From a virus, in IMG/VR virus record IMGVR_UViG_3300037400_002706, positions 1 to 28,281 of that record: a stretch of DNA of 28,281 nucleotides, one strand, 5' to 3'. Below, in pieces: positions 23,198 through 28,281 of this stretch (position 1 is the stretch's first letter; each line of letters opens with the position of its first letter). Below the pieces are notes generated by a model, which saw only the letters and a program-made list of their open reading frames with translations, was not told the DNA's origin and searched no databases. Position numbers and translations under genes: made by a program.

Positions 23198-23815
23198 ATG
23201 GTCGCCGCCGACACATCCTGGACCAAGCTCCCCCGCCGCGCCGCCTCGCTGGCCGCGCGGCTGGGCGTGGACCGCTACGGCGCATGGTGCTGGCTGATCT
23301 CCCGCGCGGCATGGCAGGAGACCGCGCACCCCGCGTGGGGCTCCGTGCCGCCGGGCTGCGTCGCCGCGTCCACGCGCTCCCTCGCCGAGGCGTGGGGCGT
23401 GGGGCACCATGCCGCGCGCAACATCCTGGCGGACCTGGAGGCGGCGGGAGCCATCGAGGTGGTGCGCCGCGCGGTCGGCGCGTCCGGCGGGCAGCTGATT
23501 TCCGTCCAGGGCACATTTTCGGGCACATTAACGGGCACATTAACGGGCACATTTCAAAATTCTCAAAACAAGACACTTATGAACAGCGAAAATAACCACC
23601 AGGGCACATTTTCGGGCACATTAACGGGCACATTGCCAGGCCGCGCGCGTACGCGCGTCCTTATAGATAGCCAAGAAGAATTTAATAGAAGCGCGCGGGG
23701 GCGCGCGCGGTCTCAGTATGCGTCTCCCGCCACCGACTACAGCCACATCCGCACCGCTCCGGAGATCCTGGCACTGGGGCACGAGGCCGAGCAGGCCGAG
23801 GAGGGCACCCGATGA
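23198..23815 (+). CDS. Replication initiator (lambda O / DnaD-like winged helix) containing the origin iterons
   Basis: N-terminal wHTH-like SLAEAWGVGHHAARNILADLEAAGAIEV. The central GTFSGTLTGTLTGTF segment is encoded by iterons. It is followed by the DnaC-like loader. Confidence 0.65.
   Translation: MVAADTSWTKLPRRAASLAARLGVDRYGAWCWLISRAAWQETAHPAWGSVPPGCVAASTRSLAEAWGVGHHAARNILADLEAAGAIEVVRRAVGASGGQLISVQGTFSGTLTGTLTGTFQNSQNKTLMNSENNHQGTFSGTLTGTLPGRARTRVLIDSQEEFNRSARGRARSQYASPATDYSHIRTAPEILALGHEAEQAEEGTR
23509..23692. promoter_or_regulatory. Origin of replication: 4 + 3 iterons gggcacatt at 12-bp phasing, an AT-rich spacer, a 14-bp GC palindrome and an AT-rich stretch
   Basis: Iterons at 23509, 23521, 23533, 23545 and at 23602, 23614, 23626. 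Palindrome cgcgcgtacgcgcg at 23644-23657. AT-rich stretch 23659-23692. Confidence 0.7.
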
Positions 23816-24369
23816 GCTACAGCCGCGACCAGGTGGAGCTGATGATGCGCCGCGCCAACCTCGACCCCGCTCCGGGCAATTGGCCGGAGGTGGCGGCGGC
23901 GATGAGCGCCGACCGCCTTCCAGGCGGCATGGGATGGATCATCTACGGCGGCACCGGCTCCGGCAAAACCTCCCGTGCGCGGCTGGCGGCGCGGCTCTGC
24001 GGCATCGAGATCTGCGAGGCTGCGCAGCTGGCGGACGAGTTCCGCGAGCGCGGCATCGTGGCCGCTGCGCGCCTGCCGGGAGGCTGGCAGATGCCATCGT
24101 GCCGCTGCGGGCTGAGCGACCTGATTATCGACGACCTGGGCGCCGAGCCGCTGCGGGTGTCGGTGTATGGCGAGCTGCGCGAGCCGCTGCGCGAGATCAT
24201 CGAGGCGCGGACCAACCGCTGGCCGAGGCTGCGCACCTACCTGACGACCAACCTCACGCCGGAGGCGCTGGAGCGCCGCTACGGCGAGCGCGTCGCCAGC
24301 CGCATCACCGGGTGCTGCCTCGCCGTGTGCCTCGACCATCCGGACTGGAGGAGAAAAAATGGAAATTAA
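23812..24369 (+). CDS. DnaC/IstB-like AAA+ helicase loader
   Basis: Walker A GGTGSGKT, Walker B LIIDDLGAE. Follows the initiator gene. Confidence 0.75.
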   Translation: MSYSRDQVELMMRRANLDPAPGNWPEVAAAMSADRLPGGMGWIIYGGTGSGKTSRARLAARLCGIEICEAAQLADEFRERGIVAAARLPGGWQMPSCRCGLSDLIIDDLGAEPLRVSVYGELREPLREIIEARTNRWPRLRTYLTTNLTPEALERRYGERVASRITGCCLAVCLDHPDWRRKNGN

Positions 24370-25111
24370 GGGCAAAGTGCATTGTTTTTTTGAGCAAAGC
24401 GGAACTTTTAAAAACGCGTTCATCCAACTGGGCATCCGCGCCGAGGACTACGACATCCAGAACAACTTTGGCGAGACCGACCACACCGACGACCTTTTCC
24501 AAGCCATCGAGGATGCGTACGACGGGCGGCCGTCGCTCTTCGACGCCATCACGCCCGACGACCTGATAATGGCATTCTTCCCGTGTATCTACTTCTGCGA
24601 AAATAACAAACTCTATTTTCGCGGAGAACACAATACAATGGCGAAAATCGACAACTGCAAAAAATGCGAACGGATAATCCAGAGAGAATTTAAACGCTGT
24701 GATTTTTATGTGCGGCTGCTGAAATTGTGCCACGAATGCGAGATACGTAACCTCCGGATGATAATCGAAAATCCATATCACCCAGAGCATTACCTGGTAA
24801 ACAACTTCCCATATCGTGCCACGATAATCGACCATGACAGGACGCAAAGAGGGGATTTTTTCAGGAAACCGACGCAGTTTATCTATGTAAACTGTTCAAG
24901 GACTTACGGCTCGACAATCCAAAAAACACCTCGTAATGCGGTTAGGACGGTTTGCCATGCGAAAAGCGGACGAAATGGTCTATGTTCGATGGAACGCTCG
25001 ATGATATCCCCGGACTACGCGAGAAACTTCATCTGTGACTTCATCCTTGGCAAAGAACAGCCGGAGATAGACAGGCAGCCGACCCTGCCGTTCGGGGAGG
25101 GATGGAAATGA
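24359..25111 (+). CDS. Divergent C5-cytosine methyltransferase-like protein (low confidence)
   Basis: FFEQSGTF (motif I-like), AFFPCIYF (PC motif IV-like), IIENP (ENV-like), TQRGDFFRKPT (QxRxR-like). Clearly AT-richer than its flanks. Confidence 0.35.
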   Translation: MEIKGKVHCFFEQSGTFKNAFIQLGIRAEDYDIQNNFGETDHTDDLFQAIEDAYDGRPSLFDAITPDDLIMAFFPCIYFCENNKLYFRGEHNTMAKIDNCKKCERIIQREFKRCDFYVRLLKLCHECEIRNLRMIIENPYHPEHYLVNNFPYRATIIDHDRTQRGDFFRKPTQFIYVNCSRTYGSTIQKTPRNAVRTVCHAKSGRNGLCSMERSMISPDYARNFICDFILGKEQPEIDRQPTLPFGEGWK

Positions 25112-25635
25112 CGCGCATCGACCTCGCCGCGACCGCATCGGAGGCCACGCGCCGACGCAATCCCTCCATTTTCGGCGAGAGGCCGTCAAATTTCGCGCCA
25201 GCGCGCAAAAACTCCTTGACGCGGGATTTTGCCCGCATCGAGCCGAAAACTTCAAATGGCGCGAAATTTGACGGTGCAAATGCGGTTTCAGGCGGCGGAG
25301 CGACGAAACAGAAGGCCATGAACAAGACCGAGGCGCGGGCGGCGCAGTGGCTCCGGCTCAACGGCTTCGCGTGCCTCATCGCGCAGCCCACGCGGCTATT
25401 CCCGCTGGCGGGCGGCGGCACCTACACGCCGGATTTCCTGGCCTGGGAGCCGTCCGGCGCGGGCGTGTGGGTGATAGAGGTCAAGGGGGGCTATCGCGGC
25501 CCCGGCTGGGATCAGGGCTACGATCGCTACAAGCGCGCCGCGCTGCAATACTCGCCGCCGGGCTCGCCCTGGCGGTTCGCGCTGCTGACCTGGCACGCCC
25601 GACGGCGCGAATGGACGTTCGAGGCGTGGATCTGA
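25108..25635 (+). CDS. PD-(D/E)xK nuclease (DUF1064/VRR-NUC-like); alternative starts at 25102 or 25318
   Basis: NKTEARAAQWLRLNGF...YTPDFLAW...VWVIEVKGGY...YKRAAL fits a D...E-x-K endonuclease core. The ATGA overlap at 25108 favours the long form. Confidence 0.55.
   Translation: MTRIDLAATASEATRRRNPSIFGERPSNFAPARKNSLTRDFARIEPKTSNGAKFDGANAVSGGGATKQKAMNKTEARAAQWLRLNGFACLIAQPTRLFPLAGGGTYTPDFLAWEPSGAGVWVIEVKGGYRGPGWDQGYDRYKRAALQYSPPGSPWRFALLTWHARRREWTFEAWI
25187..25240 (+). repeat. Copy B of the 54-nt element, embedded between 17-bp perfect inverted repeats (25183-25199 / 25258-25274)
   Basis: ccgtcaaatttcgcgcc ... ggcgcgaaatttgacgg. The hairpin gcgggattttgcccgc lies at 25221-25236. Confidence 0.85.
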
Positions 25636-25656
25636 CACCAACCAAGGAGAAAGACA

Positions 25657-26199
25657 ATGACTAGAGAAGAACTTGAAAAGAACCTTGAGGCTGGCCGGGA
25701 ATGGCTGAAAAAAAGAGGCTTCCAGAAAGACATCGGAACCGCATGGAAATGGGTCGAAGGGCTTGAAATCGACGAGCCGGACATGACCGACGAGACCAGC
25801 GTGCGGGAATACATGGAAAATGAGGAGCTGTGGGTGTGCTGGGCGAGCTTCGACAGCGAGGCCAACGACGAACACACACAGTCCTACGGGAGAACTCCCA
25901 AAGCCGCGATGGAGGAGGCACTGCGCGAATGGGACGAGGAAATGGCGAGGCGGCGTCACAACCTGTTTGCCCCGATTTCCGAGTGCATCCAGGAGGCGCC
26001 GGACTACGAACGATTAGACTTCATCTCCGGAGCCGCATACGGTCTTTACCAAATACTTAATGGCCAAAAGGTTGTCATGGCAACGGAAGCGAGGGCATTA
26101 GCATTTGCTGCGCTGGAAATATCGAAAGCCCTTGATAACTTCAAGGAACGTCTCCAGCTTATCTGCCAGCCAAAGGAACTGGAGGATACCAATGACTAG
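25657..26199 (+). CDS. Hypothetical acidic protein
   Basis: 180-aa ORF with SD aaggagaaagacaATG. AT-richer segment. Confidence 0.55.
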   Translation: MTREELEKNLEAGREWLKKRGFQKDIGTAWKWVEGLEIDEPDMTDETSVREYMENEELWVCWASFDSEANDEHTQSYGRTPKAAMEEALREWDEEMARRRHNLFAPISECIQEAPDYERLDFISGAAYGLYQILNGQKVVMATEARALAFAALEISKALDNFKERLQLICQPKELEDTND

Positions 26200-26257
26200 G
26201 GAAACCAAAACCAACGACCTGCCGCTGTTCCTGGCGGCAAAGGAGGCCGCCGAATGA
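26192..26257 (+). CDS. Possible 21-aa bridging micro-ORF
   Basis: The ATG overlaps the upstream stop region, and the TGA overlaps the ATG at 26254 (ATGA). Confidence 0.2.
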   Translation: MTRETKTNDLPLFLAAKEAAE

Positions 26258-26862
26258 CGCACAAAAACCGGCAACGCGGCGGACCACGGAAGGCGGTTCC
26301 GCCGGAGGTCAAGACGGAGGCCGTGCGCCGCGCGCTGGCTGGCGACGACCTGAAGACCATCGCCGCCGACCTCGGCATATCCGTCACATCGGTGAGCAAG
26401 TGGCGCGTCGCGGCTGGCGGCACGAAGTTCGAGACCCATCATCCAACTTCCGAACAGATCGCGGCGGCGCAGCGCGTGCTGTCCGGCGAAAGCAAGACGC
26501 AGGTGGCAATCGAGTTCGGCGTGTGCCGCGACACCATCAAGAAGTGGGTGCGCAGGTGGAAGTCCGTCGCCGCGCGGAAGAAGGCCGCCGCCGAGGCCGC
26601 AAAGACGGCGGATGCCGAGGCCATGGAGAGACGCGCCGCGCTCGCCGAGCAGCGCGCCGCGCTGGAGCGGGCGCTGGCGCAGCTGCGCGAGGAAAACGAG
26701 CGGCGGAACCTGGAGGCGACCTGCTGGAAACCGCCGACCAGGGAGGAAATCGAGCGCAGGAAGCAGGAGGAGCGCAAGCGCGTCAAGGCCGCGCTCCGCT
26801 CGTGGAACCCGCTCCGAAAACTCAGCGAAGAGCGCGGAGTAATCCGCCACAAGGAGGACTAG
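26254..26862 (+). CDS. DNA-binding protein with two IS3-OrfA-like HTH motifs and a coiled coil (regulator)
   Basis: VKTEAVRRALAGDDLKTIAADLGISVTSVSKW and SKTQVAIEFGVCRDTIKKWV, then a long Ala/Glu/Arg coiled coil. Confidence 0.55.
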   Translation: MTHKNRQRGGPRKAVPPEVKTEAVRRALAGDDLKTIAADLGISVTSVSKWRVAAGGTKFETHHPTSEQIAAAQRVLSGESKTQVAIEFGVCRDTIKKWVRRWKSVAARKKAAAEAAKTADAEAMERRAALAEQRAALERALAQLREENERRNLEATCWKPPTREEIERRKQEERKRVKAALRSWNPLRKLSEERGVIRHKED

Positions 26863-26864
26863 CA

Positions 26865-27086
26865 ATGCCCTCACTGAAGCGCATACGCGAACTGGCGAAC
26901 GAATACCTCGGCTTCCGCTACCCGAAGAGCGCTGGCGACCGGCTGGAGATGGCGAGGTTCGACCGCGAGGCGGACACCGTTTCGGAGTTCGTCGCGTGGA
27001 TGGAGGCCGACGAGTGGATGGCGAAAATCGCAAGGAAACAACAACAACCACAACCCAACAAACCAAGAAGACACGGAAATGACTAA
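26865..27086 (+). CDS. Hypothetical small protein
   Basis: 73-aa ORF starting 3 nt after the upstream stop. Its 3' end overlaps the next ATG. Confidence 0.45.
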   Translation: MPSLKRIRELANEYLGFRYPKSAGDRLEMARFDREADTVSEFVAWMEADEWMAKIARKQQQPQPNKPRRHGND

Positions 27087-27534
27087 AAAAAACTGGGGAC
27101 TCAAGGACATCGTGCCATCGCCGGAGCTATGCAAGGAAATCCCGCCCGGCAAGTTCAAGCATTCTGCGCTGGTCTGGACGAAATACCATCGCGGTAGCAC
27201 CTCGGATGTGCCATATGTTCGGGAGCGTGAGTTTGGCGACGAAGCGCCGAATGTCTGGTCAGCGCCGACAGCCGAGGAAATCCTGTGCGCGCTTGAACAC
27301 ATGCTTGAGGATTGGCGCATCTACCCCATCACTGCACTGCAATGGCTGATGTATGGGCGGGTTGCATGCACCGGAAAGACAAAGGCTGGCGACGCGCTGC
27401 CAGTATTGCAGGACGGTAACATCGCCGGTGCGCTTTTGAAACTCTGGCTGAAGGCGCGGAAGATGGAAGAAATTCGCGCCGAGATGGAAAACGAAGCAAA
27501 CAAAGAGGAAATCGAGGATGAGCATGGAGAATAG
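27079..27534 (+). CDS. Hypothetical protein
   Basis: 151-aa ORF in an AT-richer segment. Confidence 0.5.
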   Translation: MTKKNWGLKDIVPSPELCKEIPPGKFKHSALVWTKYHRGSTSDVPYVREREFGDEAPNVWSAPTAEEILCALEHMLEDWRIYPITALQWLMYGRVACTGKTKAGDALPVLQDGNIAGALLKLWLKARKMEEIRAEMENEANKEEIEDEHGE

Positions 27535-27616
27535 GAAGAAGCGCTTCGCGCTGGCGGGCCTGTGTCTGACACTCGAAGAGGCATTTGAGAAATACATGTA
27601 CAGCAAGGAGAAATGA
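27518..27616 (+). CDS. Possible 32-aa bridging micro-ORF
   Basis: The ATG lies inside the 3' end of the upstream gene, and the stop forms ATGA with the 27613 start. Confidence 0.2.
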   Translation: MSMENRKKRFALAGLCLTLEEAFEKYMYSKEK

Positions 27617-27873
27617 CGATGATGAAACTTACCAACGACACCATCTTGGAGGGCGACACTCTGCCCGTCGGGATACACGGACAGGCTGCTCTTGTCGCCG
27701 ATGCGCTTGAGGCCGCCGCAACGCTGCTCGAAGGCGTGGACGGAATGGCGCAGCATGACTGCGCAAATCTCGCGCTTTGCGTCCTCGCAATCAGAGAGGC
27801 ATCCTCGCTGGTCGAGGCGCTGGTTGGCAACATGGAGGAATTTATGCGAAAGCAGAAGGAGGACCAGAAATGA
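27613..27873 (+). CDS. Hypothetical small protein
   Basis: 86-aa ORF with ATGA overlaps at both ends. Confidence 0.5.
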   Translation: MTMMKLTNDTILEGDTLPVGIHGQAALVADALEAAATLLEGVDGMAQHDCANLALCVLAIREASSLVEALVGNMEEFMRKQKEDQK

Positions 27874-28145
27874 AGCCAAAACAATTCATCGATGCGGACT
27901 GGCTGGAAGAGGGCATCCGCAGGACCGCTACGGCGTGCCTGATGGCGCACCCATACGCGCCGGATGACCCGCTCATGGCCGTCCATGCGGCGGTGCTGAC
28001 CGGCATGACAGCCACGCTGGACATGCTCTGCAAGGACATCGCGCGGCGGCTGGGAATGCCGTTTGAGGTGGAACTACCTGCCCGCTACGGGGATGGAACG
28101 CCAATCGTGCTGGGGCGCAGGGAAGAAAACGACACGACGGAATGA
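27870..28145 (+). CDS. Hypothetical small protein
   Basis: ATG at 27870 (ATGA overlap), 91 aa. Confidence 0.5.
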   Translation: MKPKQFIDADWLEEGIRRTATACLMAHPYAPDDPLMAVHAAVLTGMTATLDMLCKDIARRLGMPFEVELPARYGDGTPIVLGRREENDTTE

Positions 28146-28281
28146 GCCGCGCCTTGGACCCCATCTCCCGCCTGGCGCGACGCTGCGCCTACCACTCCAC
28201 CCCGGCCCTGCGAGAGAGGCTGGCCGAGGATACGCTGCGCCTGGCCATGGCCGCCGCCGTGGCGCTGGCGCGGACGCGACG
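28142..28281 (+). CDS. 5' part of the junction-spanning ORF (continues at window position 3)
   Basis: The ATG at 28142 forms ATGA with the upstream stop. MSRALDPISRLARRCAYHSTPALRERLAEDTLRLAMAAAVALARTRR continues in frame into 3..341. Confidence 0.55.
   Translation, partial: MSRALDPISRLARRCAYHSTPALRERLAEDTLRLAMAAAVALARTR
28155..28281. repeat. Second copy of the 127-bp terminal overlap
   Basis: Identical to 1-127. Confidence 0.95.

Larger units (their letters stand above)
1..28154 (+). mobile_element. Complete circularly closed tailed-phage genome (lambda-like head module, siphovirus-type tail module)
   Basis: 127-bp identical overlap at both window ends. A full set of packaging, head, tail, lysis-region, att/immunity and replication genes in canonical order on one strand. 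Confidence 0.85.

Noticed and set aside
23509-23634. Short direct repeats (gggcacatt x7) considered as a mini-CRISPR or satellite.
   Set aside because: The 12-bp phasing, the AT-rich spacer and the location inside an O-like initiator gene next to a DnaC-like loader fit replication-origin iterons.

Overview
This window is one complete, circularly closed genome of about 28,154 bp from a small, high-G+C tailed phage with lambda-like gene order. Bases 1-127 are identical to 28155-28281, and one ORF runs across that junction. All convincing genes but one lie on the + strand. They are tightly packed, and many use ATGA stop/start overlaps. Gene order on the circle: small junction-spanning regulator candidate; Nu1-like small terminase; frame-interrupted DNA methyltransferase; GpA-type large terminase; gpW-like protein; portal; ClpP/S49-type protease-scaffold fusion with a nested scaffold start; major capsid; connector proteins; major tail; chaperone; tape measure; an AT-richer tail-tip/fibre cassette that includes a BspA/DUF285-type LRR protein built from 84-bp repeats; a DUF1353, holin-like and lipoprotein cluster; attP (3' 58 nt of a tRNA-Leu(UAA)); an integrase N-terminal stub lying tail-to-tail with an XRE-type repressor stub; a divergent promoter; then early genes (Xis-like HTH, annealing protein, Cas4-like exonuclease, SSB, O-like initiator with iterons inside the gene, DnaC-like loader, C5-MTase-like protein, PD-(D/E)xK nuclease, HTH regulators and small ORFs). 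Most worth a second look: (1) the methyltransferase is split at a G5 tract, inside a segment where all three forward frames stay open, with four in-phase AAWTAC-Cn repeats (possible homopolymer-gated switch); (2) the lysogeny module looks like a single deletion that removed the 3' ends of convergent int and repressor genes while attP and arm sites survive; (3) the LRR tail protein has invariant 59-nt blocks alternating with 25-nt variable blocks; (4) a 54-nt element occurs twice with its hairpin loop exactly reverse-complemented; (5) a 231-bp GGCGAC-type hexanucleotide tract sits inside a gene; (6) no canonical endolysin is recognisable. All functional calls rest on motifs I recognise by eye and on gene order. 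No database search or computation was possible.
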